Part shown: positions 1-11,035 of the stretch, in pieces
Layout: every line of letters begins with the position of its first letter
How positions within the stretch are numbered: the first letter of the stretch is position 1
Assembly: GCF_947568905.1 (NCBI RefSeq)
Contig: NC_079165.1
Location: 67,642,001 to 67,706,000 of the forward strand
Origin: Ostrea edulis
Taxonomy: Eukaryota
Reading direction: 5' to 3'
Length of the DNA stretch: 64,000 nucleotides
Translations under genes and position numbers: made by a program
The notes under the pieces: generated by a model
Seen by the model: only the letters and a program-made list of their open reading frames with translations
Databases searched by the model: none
What the model was told of the DNA's origin: nothing

Positions 1-797
1 CATATATTGTTGTATAAATGGAGCTAGCCTTGTATCTAGTGATAGTGGGGATAGGTTGACTTGAGACTCTGCAATCTAAAAGCAACAAGAAATTTCTAGA
101 TCTACATATTGAATAACAAAACAGCATCAATGAATAAACTGGACAAAAAGTAAACCAACAAGCACATAGATTACAAAAAGCACCATTAATATCATATCGA
201 TACAATGTATATATATATATATATATATCCAATATACAAAGTATTATATACGTGTATTTACCAAGATAAAATACCTTTCGACTGCATTGCATCATCTATT
301 GTTAAATCTGCTGCACGTTATTGAGAGGACACTTCATTTCAAGTACGTGAAGCACAGCAAATATCGAGCTTCTGGATTATAGAAACTTGCATCACATGTT
401 GATGGTTGTATGACTAGACCATCTGAAGATGACCCTGAAGATCCAGTTAGTGAAGCCAAATCCCTCCTTAAATTCCTATCTTTTTACTGATATGAAAAGA
501 CCAGGTGAATTCTGGACACCAATAATTCGAATTTTACGTAATGAATTGTTGAATATCTATAGAAATATTATGAAATTCTTGATATATCGGTAACTCCATA
601 AGGAAAAATCTGAGGGAAATACATTACAATATTTAATACCAAAAATAAGAAATCTCAGTTTCAAAAAGACTACTTATAATTCCTTGCACCAAATATCATC
701 TATTTAGCATAAAGAAGTAATAAGCAGTGAAATGGTACACGACAGCAAATAAATGAAATATGTTTGATTCGTTATATAATAAAGACACCTAACTTAC

Positions 798-2376
798 CAT
801 TCATTCCATTTCAACTTCAGACATGCTACTTTGTGGTTTGCTATAAGAGTTGTGATACACCTGTTTGTTTGCGTTTTTGCCGAATTTAACCTTCGCGTGA
901 ATTCCAGATTGACCGTCGGGTTTAAAAGTGGTAAGAAAATGGTGGTGAACAATGTCTTGGGCATTGAAATTCGGATAACATGTACGCTATTTAATCTTGG
1001 AACATCAATATTAAGATAAACAGAGATTTATCCGAAACTACACGAAGTTTTAGTCATGGATGCTTTGTGAGGATGATCAGAATAGATAAATGGAACGCCC
1101 TATCATTCAATTCTAATATCGAACGAGGCATCGTAAAATAGACACAACATAATATGAAAATACAGAATTGATATTTTAAATGAATAGTAATTTATCTGTA
1201 TAACGTCCAGTGAAGCCAGTTGTTCATTTCAAGCACCAGTTCAACTTCTGTGTAATCATTTCCCAGGATTTCATGTCATAATAGTTTAATAATAATAAGT
1301 TGACATCTTTTTTATTTCTAGGGAATAGGATTTATCAGCTACAAAGACTACGTGAGACGGGTAGATAAACGAAAAAGAAAAAAAACATCTTTGATTTACT
1401 TACCTTTTCCCGTGTACATGTACTTTATTTGATGGATTTATAGAATTCAAAAACAGCCATTGAATAACTGGAATTGTTCATGTAATATTTTTCTCCATTG
1501 AAAGTAGTTTCTAAATTTAGTTTGAGAATTGCTACGTATATTATTTTTACATATGCAAACTTTCAAAAACCTGCCTATATTGTCAGGTTTATACATTGTC
1601 ACCTTTAAAACGACTTTTCTGTACGTTAAACTATTTCATCACATAGATTGGTGTTGAAATGACAGAAGAGAAGTAAAGGGAAATAGAAGTGAATGATTTG
1701 TTAGTCAATGCAGCAGATAATGTTTTGAAAAAAGGAAGAAAATCATTAGTGAAATAAAATATTAAGTTCACATTTTGTTACTATGAAACATGGGAAGACA
1801 ACATTGAAAACAAAAGATGTCCAAGAATGGGTTTTTGTATGCATTTAAATTTTTGTACCTTTCACTGAAATATGAAATGCTTAATACATGCAGAAAACTA
1901 AATGAAATTTGGTCTTTTCATAATCAATTGGACATACAAGAGATGTTATTTCTTGCAGCGTCAGTTTCCGGTTTTATGGAGTTTTGAGTGGACTTCATGT
2001 AGTTTCCGGCTTTGGTTTTTGTAGAAAAAGTGGATGCTGTAATAGAAAATAGATATACATTTTTATTATCAATGGGGGATGTACCAGTATCTCTAATAGT
2101 TAAAGAGATATTTTTGATCAAATAAGATATATCATGTAAAAACATACTCCGGGAAGAGGAAGAAACTATCTTTACAATAATGACAGGCATGTTTAAAAGT
2201 TTTTAATCATTAGAGAAATATTGCTAGACAGATTTCAGAAAGAGGAAACTCTATATTAAAACATACATTTTTTTATTTGCAAGATATATTTGATGAGAAA
2301 CATTCATATTGACTATAATATAACTTCTCCATGATGTTTTACCAATACTTACCTATGATAATTGGCCAATTGATCA
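798..2376 (-). other. Candidate orphan exon chain Z1 (24, 99, 64, 189 nt); the 99-nt exon is paralogous to the start of receptor exon 4
   Basis: Putative exons 2353-2376, 1938-2036 (ASTFSTKTKAGNYMKSTQNSIKPET, similar to ASTSTTSTEAGNDMKS), 1404-1467, 798-986. GT-AG boundaries, phases 1-1, 1-1, 1-2, 2-2, open frame. The 99-nt exon homology is solid; the rest is speculative because acceptors were chosen by eye. Confidence 0.4.
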
Positions 2377-2899
2377 CTGAATTTTTATATCAATATTTCA
2401 ATGATTAGTGAAATTAATTTGATTTCGTTACCCAATCACTATTCTTTATAATACGAGGTTAACATAATTCATTAATGATATTTCATCAGTGCATTACCTT
2501 CCATTTAGTACACATTGCAATTGCAGGTTTAGTGCGAAAAAAAAATATCAAGCATTAAAAAGGAAGGAAAGAATGAAAAGAGAAGGACACGAATGCTCAG
2601 AATAAATGAATATTGTTTACATATCATACTGCTAGATTTGAGTCGCGTTAAATTATGTTTATATCCGCATGGGTTGGATTGAAATTCAAATTTGTAAAGA
2701 TGGTCGAGAAGAGAATGGTGATTATTGCATAACATGACAATTTGAATGAAGTTTATTATCTTTGTATTTTGTTTTCGTCAGTGGAAAATTCAGATTTCAT
2801 ATATAACTCTCAGTTTATCAAAGCGTTACTCCAAAATTTATATTATATCATTATGCTTTAATTGATAGAACAATCGAGGTAGGCTACTTACAAACAAGT

Positions 2900-3258
2900 T
2901 CATGTCACAGGGGTTTTAACTATCTCGTTTAAGGTCAGCATTAAACAAATTCCATGGTCGTTATAATGATTTAGTTCGCCAATACAAACTATCACTGGGT
3001 CAAATGCTGTCTGGCGTGTTTCATACCGATAGTTAGGCCGTTCTTGGCACACTGATTTTGACTACGGATAACTCCGTTTACTTGATTAAGATATAGGGCT
3101 CACGGCGGGGGTGACCGGTCGACAGGGGATCCTTACTCCTCCTAGGCACCTGATCCCACCTTTGGTATATACAGGAACCCATGTTTGTATAACTCTTTAT
3201 TTTGTATTGCTTATAGGAGATATGAGATGTATCACTGTTCGTTATCTTCACCTTTCAT
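2900..3258 (+). mobile_element. Penelope-like 3' fragment
   Basis: End of RT ORF plus the conserved UTR ggccgttcttggcacactg...ttcacctttcat. Confidence 0.85.
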
Positions 3259-3574
3259 CAGAAGGAATTTCACCCTAGTAAGAATCATCTGACAAAATTT
3301 GGGTAAAGTTTGTGTTTGATGTACTCCTTCCCTACATGTTCCATTCAACCTGTAGGGTCTATAATTTTATGAAGTTTCTTTTCATTCTAGTGAAAATATC
3401 GTCTTAATATCAATATTATATTATGTTGATTTACTACGCAGTATTTTAAGCTGTGGATTTCATTTTTCATTTTTAGGACAATTTTGATCAGCCTTTTTTC
3501 TGAAACACAGAATTTAGGATGCACACCTTCACTTGTACGTAACAACTAACAAGGTTCAACGCATTGTTCATCAG

Positions 3575-4747
3575 ACTGTATAAATAGCTGGTTTCCCCAA
3601 GTATGATAAAATAATCAGATATATACTGGATGCAGTAAACCCCTATCTTTGCTCCTCGCGAAAAGTTTTACTGTTGTCGAAAGAGAATATTCAAACTTAT
3701 TATGCCACAACATATACCAGAAGTGGTGTATTATTAAAAAAAAATCTAAATACCTTTTAGAAAATTTGAAATCTCAAAGCTTTTCTTAAAAATCAACAAC
3801 ATCAGAACAACATAAGAACGTATGACTTTTCAACACTTTACTCGATCATTCCTCATGATGAATTAAAAAGACCATATATTTTCACATCATAGACAGTTTT
3901 TCCCCAATAAAATGGAAAAAGGGTGTATTTATATCTTGTGATCAGTCATTCACTTTGTTAAGCACCACTCTGATTCTACGTACAAATACTCTAAAGTTAA
4001 TATTAAAAAGATGCTGGATTTACTTATTGACAATATCCTCGTAGTTTTTTTTTGTGTGATCACGTCTTCCAACAGTATTGGAATTCCGATCAGCACCAAT
4101 CGTGCTCGTTTCTTAGCTAACCTATTCTTGTATTGTTATGAGGCAGAATTTATTCAAAAGTTTTTACATGTAAAACAAAATTCTTTTCGTGGCCTTCAAC
4201 TCGACATTTAGATATATCGACGACCCTTTATCTAATAACAATATTTATTTTCATTCGTATGTTTATTAGATATATCCCAGTGAATTCAAAATAAAAGACG
4301 CCACATAGTCTTCCACATCGGCTTTGTACTTAGATTCCCGTGGAGATCCGGGTTAGAATAGGTCCTCAGTACTCCCTGGCTTGTCGTAAGAGACGACTAA
4401 ATGGGGCGGTCGTTCGGATGAGACCGCAAAAAGCAAGGTCCCGTGTCACAGCAGGTGTGGCACGATAAAGATCCCTCCCTGCTCAATGGCCATAAGCGCC
4501 GAACATTGGCCTAAATTTTGCAGCCCTTCACCGGCAGTAGTGACATCTCCATATGAGTGAAATATTCTCAAGAGGGCCATAAAACAATATTCAATCATAC
4601 ATAGATATTTGATTGAAAATAGATTTTAACAGCAAACTAACGACTCAGGTTTTTGACAAACGGGATGACTTAAACTTCTCCACTGTCAACTTCCCATATT
4701 TATGTAGGAATATTCCGTTATCACTTGCATATGATGTTTACGTCTCT

Positions 4748-4750
<3 letters not shown>
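3575..4750 (+). mobile_element. Decayed Penelope-like RT fragment split by a SINE (4336-4600)
   Basis: LIDNI...GIPI..N.A.FLA.LFLY.YEAEF, FRYID and DKRDD.NFS.VNFPYL motifs. Counterpart at 37490-38470. Confidence 0.8.
4336..4600 (+). mobile_element. Head-less SINE-like element with a Deu/Nin-like central domain
   Basis: tcccgtggagatccgggttagaatagg...gtcgtaagagacgactaa...cggatgagaccgc...taaagatccc; tagat duplicated at the flanks; empty site in the paralog at about 38020. Confidence 0.8.

Positions 4751-4782
<32 letters not shown>
4751..4782. repeat. (GA)n microsatellite at the break point of a Penelope fragment
   Basis: Direct reading. Confidence 0.95.
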
Positions 4783-4784
<2 letters not shown>

Positions 4785-5789
4785 ATTTGATAAATTTGAT
4801 GTTGATGGTCCTTATATATAGTTATGTAAGGAGAAGGTACGCTTAGCATATAAATTTGGCTTAGTAAAATCAAGAAATATGAAGTAGAAGATGATGCACT
4901 TTTATCTATCAAAGTCATTTGTGGGCAACACCCTCTCTTTAAATATACAAACGAAATGGCGCCAAATCGTTACATAGTAGAATAATACACTCCCGATTTT
5001 ACCCGGATCGCTATTTTTTAACCAAAACTTCAAAATTTTACTTGCATTTGTCATTAATTTGATATGTGCACATACAAGGCGATGGGTGATAATTGCGTGT
5101 GTTAAATGTAGTACTTCAATTGATAATAAAAAGGGCCTTTCGTCAATCGCATTCCCTCTGCACATTGTGAAATCATCAAATCTTATATTTCCGGAAAAAT
5201 TTCCGCATCACACACATTTGATATTAAGATAACATAAATGCACGACAAATAAATGTTACGTTTTTTGAAGTACAGATATTATAAAATGAAGTATAATAAC
5301 GTTTTTATCAATTACTGCGATCATTATACATGCAATTCTGATTTTCAATTTCATTCATGTTTTTATCTAAAACGATAATGACATATAGTCGACTGTAAAA
5401 TTATCGCTTGTTACATGAACAACACTCATGTAAAATTGTTTGTGTATTTCATAACATTAATGTTAAACACGTGTTGGAAAAAATTACTACTGGATTTAAC
5501 GGGAGCATCACCTGTTAAACATGGAGGAGAATGAAGAGAAATGTTGAGTTTGACATGTGAAATTATAACATTTTGGGAATATAAAGCAAAATTACCATGA
5601 AAAAAGATACATTTAGCTAAAGTTTAAGTAAATGATGTTTTGTTTTAATCATTGATATAACTATTTGTAAGCATTGCTAGATGTATGCTTTGATTTCAAT
5701 ATGTTGTATGTGAAGTAAATTTTTGGGGTAAATTATATACGGTCTACGTTTGGTTTAATTTTGACGATATTTACACTATTTTAGTATTA

Positions 5790-6005
5790 AACCGTTCTTG
5801 GCACACTGATTTTGACTCCGGATAACTCAGTTTACCTGATCAGGATATGGAGCTCACGGCGGATGTGACCGGTCAACAGGGGATGCTTACTCCTCCTAGG
5901 CACCTGATCCCACCTCTGGTGTGTCCAGGGGTCTGTGTTTGCCCAACTATCTATTTCGTATTGCTTATAGGAGTTATGAGATTGATCACTGTTCGTTATC
6001 TTCAC
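5790..6005 (+). mobile_element. Penelope-like 3' UTR fragment, absent from the duplicate (empty site about 39370)
   Basis: Conserved UTR; the paralogous flanks are contiguous in copy 2. Confidence 0.85.
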
Positions 6006-6779
6006 GTTGCATGTATATGTATATTCATGTAATAGAAATTGAATACTGCTCGGTATCAAAATGAACTACGATATATAAATAAATTGTCATTTATACAATT
6101 TTCATGCCGAACGCCATTTTCCCAAAACAACACTAGAGCAACAGTTGTTGTTTTATTCACATTCATGGAGTCTAATCTTTGTGCATGCACAGGCATGACT
6201 ATAGAGTTACCTGAGATTTCCCAATCAAAAACCCTCAATAATACTTTTAAGATAGCAATGGTATTCAAAGAAAAAGGAAGTGCTTTGTCTACTTTTGATT
6301 TGTAATATATGGAGTCATTGACTTTATGTCGTTTTCCGCTTTGATACTTGTAGAAGAAGTAGATTCTGTTATAAAATTAGAAATTATATTATTCATACAT
6401 GCTTCAAACCAATCGTCATTTTGAATAACCTTTTGTACACTTATCGGTACAATGTACATGTAGCAAGTCTTATTTATCCTTTGAAATCTTATCGGCAATA
6501 TTCTAACACGTACTTTTACCCTTAACGACAGTCATTGTGATAGATCCATTTTATATCATTATTTATTGTAACACAGCTTTTGTATAATTTTGATAAACCT
6601 TGTGAATTCTTACCTATGCGTATTTGGATACACCCTTTGTATTACAGGTGATTATGCTAATACAGTTACCAGTAGATATTCTTTTTTTATTCCTTGTACA
6701 ATTGAATGTAGTTATTCTGATTCACCCTTTGCACTCTTACCAGTAAATGATTTGCTAACATTTGTATGCTTACCGGTAC

Positions 6780-7720
6780 TTATTTTGATGCATTCTTTGT
6801 ACATTTACCGATAGCTATTCTGATACATTATTTGTACAGTTACCGGTAGTTATTCTGATGCATTATTTGTACACTTACTGGTAGTTATTCCGATGCATTA
6901 TTTGTACAGTTACCGGTAGTTATTCCGATGCATTATTTGTACAGTTACCGGTCTTTATTCTGATGCATTCTTTGTACAGTTACTGGTAGCTATTCCGATG
7001 CATTATTTGTATAGTTACCGGTCTTTATTCTGAAGCATTCGTTGTACTATATGTATTACCGGTAATTATTCTGAAGCATTATTTGTACAGTTACCAGTTA
7101 TTTGTCCAGTTACTGGTAGTAATTCTGATGCATTTTTTGCAGAGTTACCATTAGTTATTCTGATACATTGTACAGTTACCGGTAGTTATTCTGATACATT
7201 ATTTGTACAGTTACCGGTAGTTATTCTGATACATTATTTGTACAGTCACCAGTAGTTATTCTGATACATTCTTTGTACAGTTACCAGTTACTTGTCCAGT
7301 TACTGGTAGTAGTTCTGATGCATTTTTTGCAGAGTTACCAGTAGTTATTCTGATATATTGTTTGTACAGTTACCGGTAGTTATTCTGATGCATATTTTGT
7401 ACAGCTACCGGTAGTTATTCTGATGCATTATTTGTACAGTTACCGGTAGTTATTCTGATACATTATTTGTACAGTTGCCGGTAGTTATTCTGATACATTA
7501 TTTGTACAGTTACCGGTAGTTATTCTGATACATTATTTGTACAGTTACCGGTAGTTATTCTGATACATTCTTTGTACAGTTACCAGTAGTTATTCTGATA
7601 TATTGTTTGTACAGTTACCAGTAGTTATTCTGATGCATCATTTGTACAGTTACCGGTATTTATTATGATACATTATTTGTACAGTTACCAGTAGTTATTC
7701 TGTTTTATTCCTTGTACAAT
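6780..7720. repeat. 35-bp minisatellite, about 26 units, intron 3 of A
   Basis: Unit taccggtagttattctgatacattatttgtacagt; period 35 measured at 7441/7476/7511. Confidence 0.95.
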
Positions 7721-8587
7721 TAGATAAAGTTATTTTGTTTCACCCTTTCTACTCTTACCGGTAAATGTTTTGCTAACATTTGTATGCTTACCGGTACTTA
7801 TTTTGACACACCCTATATGGGGACTACACATTTCATCCAGACTACATTTACACTGGAAACCACAGTTCTCCCCATACGACGGGGGTGGACAAGTATTGGA
7901 ACAATTATCTCCATAGGAACCTGTAGGGCAGGCTACAGAAAAAGTTAAAGGAAGATGATAAAACTCTTAATGTTATTATAGACGCAGCCTGAATAATACA
8001 GTACCATATACAATGGTTTGTACATTGTACCATGAGAGAAAACTGCAAGCTAGAACATAGATCAAAGTCAATCATTTTTTCTTTGACTTAATTTTTTAAC
8101 TTTTAAATATGGCTTTCGATCAGAATGAAGAAGAATTAGTAAAAACTTACGAATGCATTCACCATTGTGATGGTGAAAATTCGTTCAGCACTCGTTTGTG
8201 GAAAAATGTGTGGTAATTAGATTCTATCTTCCAATAAATCTAAGAAGAATATCTATATTTTAATATTTTGAATATACATGTATGTGTACCTTTACCAAGA
8301 ATCAAATTTTGTACTCTTCTAAATTCAGTAAATATTGAGAAAAAATTAACCCATGAATAAAATTCAAAATGTACTGATATGGATTTATCCTCCCACTGGA
8401 TTCATTTCACTCACAAGATACTATTCCAAGTCATATCATTATTTATACATGTAGGTTAATGACTGGATATAGGGAAATATATTTTCAGAAGTTCTTGTGC
8501 CGAAAAGCGGACTCTGTGAGGTGTTTTTGTTATTGTAAATTCTGCAAAACGATAACGAGCTGGCATATTTCCCGATATGCAGTAAAA

Positions 8588-8856
8588 ACCTATCATTGGG
8601 TCAAATACTGTCTGACGTATTTATACCGATTGTTAGGTCGTTCTTGGCACACTGATTTTGACTACAGATAACTCCGTTTACCTGATCAGGATATAGGGCT
8701 TGCGGCGGGTGTGACCGGTCGACAGGGGATGCTTACTCCTCCTAGGCACCCGATCCCACCTCTGGTGTGTCCAGGGGTCCATGTTTGCCCAACTAAATTT
8801 TGTATTGCTTATAGGAGTTATGAGATTGATCACTGTTCGTTATCTTCACCTTTCAT
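8588..8856 (+). mobile_element. Penelope-like 3' fragment in intron 1 of A
   Basis: Conserved UTR; the 5' junction shares the microhomology aacctatc with host sequence seen in B (about 17080). Confidence 0.85.
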
Positions 8857-10029
8857 CACATTTGCTCTACATCTATCTACTTCTAACTCTATAAATGCTC
8901 AATTTTAAAAGAAAATATTATAATTAGCAAACGAAGTTCTTTACGTCCATGAATATTTGTGAACATATCAGGCCTCAAATCCATACACTGAAAATAGACT
9001 TTTAAAAATCAAAACACTAGAAATGTTATGTTCTTATGAAAAATATTTGAAAAGTTAATTGGATTTGAAATTTAGACTTAAGTCTATTCCCAGGTTATGG
9101 TTTTGAAAACTGATATCACAATAATCGTGTTAAGTAGGCAGATGCGATGTCACAATTAAGTTAAGTGGTCTCCGAGCGTCTGCATTACCGACAATTATAG
9201 CTCAATAAATGCCCAGGTACTCTAAATAAAATATACAGCAAAAAGTATCAAAATATGTAATAAGAGTGGCTATAGAAATATTAATATCGTGTCAATCTTA
9301 ACAGTTTGATATTTGTTTAAACATGCATTTCCTTGTTCTACGTACCGATCGTTAACACAGCTGCCTTTAGTTGTTGTTTCTGCATTGAGTGATGAAACCA
9401 AATAGGCTAATAATCCTATGTTTCGACCTCTCCGCGAATTAAAAATTATCATTTGAAATATTGAATCCATTCCATCTATACTTTTTAAAGATACTATGGA
9501 AACTCTATGGCTAATTTCCCTTCAAACATTTATTTTTCAATCATAGTAAAGTGTGTTATACCCCGGAAGATTCATTGATTGGGAAACACGTTTACCAATA
9601 TAGTTTAGAATTACAGTCAGAATCAACACCAAATCATATTTCTAAGAGACATAGTTCTTGGCAGCCTTCAATCATAAACGAAAATTATTCGACCATCATT
9701 ACTAACACCAGCACTAGATTTTACAGACTCTGAGAATGTAACAAGAGTGGTAGACAACGCACTAACATGACATGGGCAGGGCATCAGAAGAGGTAGCAGG
9801 TGTGTGAGATACAAAGGTGTCAGTTGGAATTGACGAAACGTAAGCAGAATTAGAAATACATATGATTTCTTTATTCAAAAGTTAGTTATTGATAGCTAGT
9901 CCCTAGAAACCATTCGATTTCCTCAATTCTATTTATTATAAGATTTGAACGTTATCCTAAAACATATCAAAAAGGAATAAGTAAATCAGTAATAAGTAAT
10001 CCAGTTAATTTAGGAGGATATTGAGATTG

Positions 10030-10450
10030 TGGCCTTCAACTCGACATTTAGATATATGGATGACGCTTTATCTATTCACAACAATCATTTTCATTCATTT
10101 GAAAGGTGAAGATAACAAACAGTGATAAATTTCATAACTCCTAGAAGCAATACAAAATAGATATTTTGCAAACACGGACCCCTGGATATACCAGAGGTGG
10201 GATCAGGTGCCTATGAGGAGCAATAATCCCCTGTTGACCGGTCACATACGCCGTGAACCCTATCTTGATCAGGTAAACAGTCTAACAATCGGTATGTAAC
10301 ATGTCAGACAGCATTTGACCCAATGATAGGATGTATTGGCAAACTAGATCGTTATAAAGACTATAGAATTTGCGAAATGCTGACTTTAAACGATATTGTT
10401 GAAACCCCTGCACCATCAACTTGTTTGTCAGTAGCCTGCCTCGATTTAAA
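10030..10450 (-). mobile_element. Penelope-like 3' fragment (minus) abutting a short plus-strand RT fragment (10030-10100)
   Basis: tgaaaggtgaagataac...gtagcctgcctcgatttaaa; the plus-strand piece encodes VAFNSTFRYMDD. Confidence 0.8.
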
Positions 10451-10739
10451 CACTTTATTATATAGAAGCATACTATTCCTAATATAAACTATGGCTAATT
10501 TCCTCTAGGTACCCATCGAGCCGTCCCCCTTAATCATGAAGTCATACACAGTCACATGACACTATCAGAATCCCCTTTTGTTTTTCAACAAATGTATGAA
10601 GGTGTAAGGAAATCCGCAAATAAATTCACGTGAAAATACACAATATGTACTAATCACGTGGTTGCTCTCCGTTGCTACCTTAAAGGGAAAATTCCGGAAG
10701 CCTTGAACCTACTTTGGATATTCTGTTTTGCGGCAGACT

Positions 10740-11035
10740 TCTCCCACGCTATTTTACTTAAACCAGGGGCAACCACTTATTTACATTGTTGATGGGATTT
10801 TCAGATTCTCTGAACAAGCCATATTGTACGGGTACCAAAATGGAATGGTCAAGTGGCTGAAAGATATGAGTGGTATTGGGAGGGAAGACACGATGTGGAT
10901 GGTATTTTTAAGAGAACAGCCGAGAATTATTGATTCCTGTTTCATCGCATTTTCGAAGTTGGTAATCATGCTAAATACTTTGTTCTACTTTCAGATACCG
11001 GAAGTAGTTGAAGAAGTTTAAAAAGCACCAAGTTT
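10740..11035 (+). pseudogene. Unidentified decayed coding fragment
   Basis: One frame reads ADFSHAILLKPGATTYLHC*WDFQIL*TSHIVRVPKWNGQVAERYEWYWEGRHDVDGIFKRTAENY*FLFHRIFEVGNHAKYF. Protein-like but unassigned. Confidence 0.3.

Larger units (their letters stand above)
6289..9470 (-). pseudogene. Paralog A: TM-less EGF receptor paralog, disabled exon 2
   Basis: Exons 9346-9470, 8151-8197, 7792-7932, 6289-6365 (ESTSSTSIKAENDIKSMTPYITNQK*). The exon 2 acceptor reads CAC instead of CAG (8198-8200) and there is an in-frame TGA at 8185-8187. Skipping exon 2 breaks the frame (phase 2 to phase 1). Confidence 0.75.
1..9560. repeat. Segmental duplication, copy 1 (pairs with about 32024-46310)
   Basis: Colinear near-identity by eye: 1-1610 vs 32024-33615; 1468-2800 vs 34624-36050; 3255-4335 vs 37160-38030; 5420-6700 vs 39020-40140; gene A exons vs gene C exons. 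Confidence 0.9.

Noticed and set aside
5847-6032. Recurrent ORFs of the MTGRQGMLTPPRHLIPPLVCPG type (also 8711, 30610, 44752, 49328, 56639) and their antisense versions
   Set aside because: They are chance translations of the Penelope-like 3' UTR, downstream of the RT stop codon; frames and lengths differ between copies.
6780-7720. 35-bp array as a CRISPR array or as coding Cys-rich repeats
   Set aside because: Units are contiguous with no unique spacers, there are no cas genes and the context is eukaryotic. The period is not a multiple of 3 and all frames hit stops.
8185-8187. TGA at a Cys codon in exon 2 of A as selenocysteine
   Set aside because: The same exon has also lost its acceptor AG, the other paralogs have TGC/TGT, and I saw no SECIS. 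A nonsense mutation is simpler.
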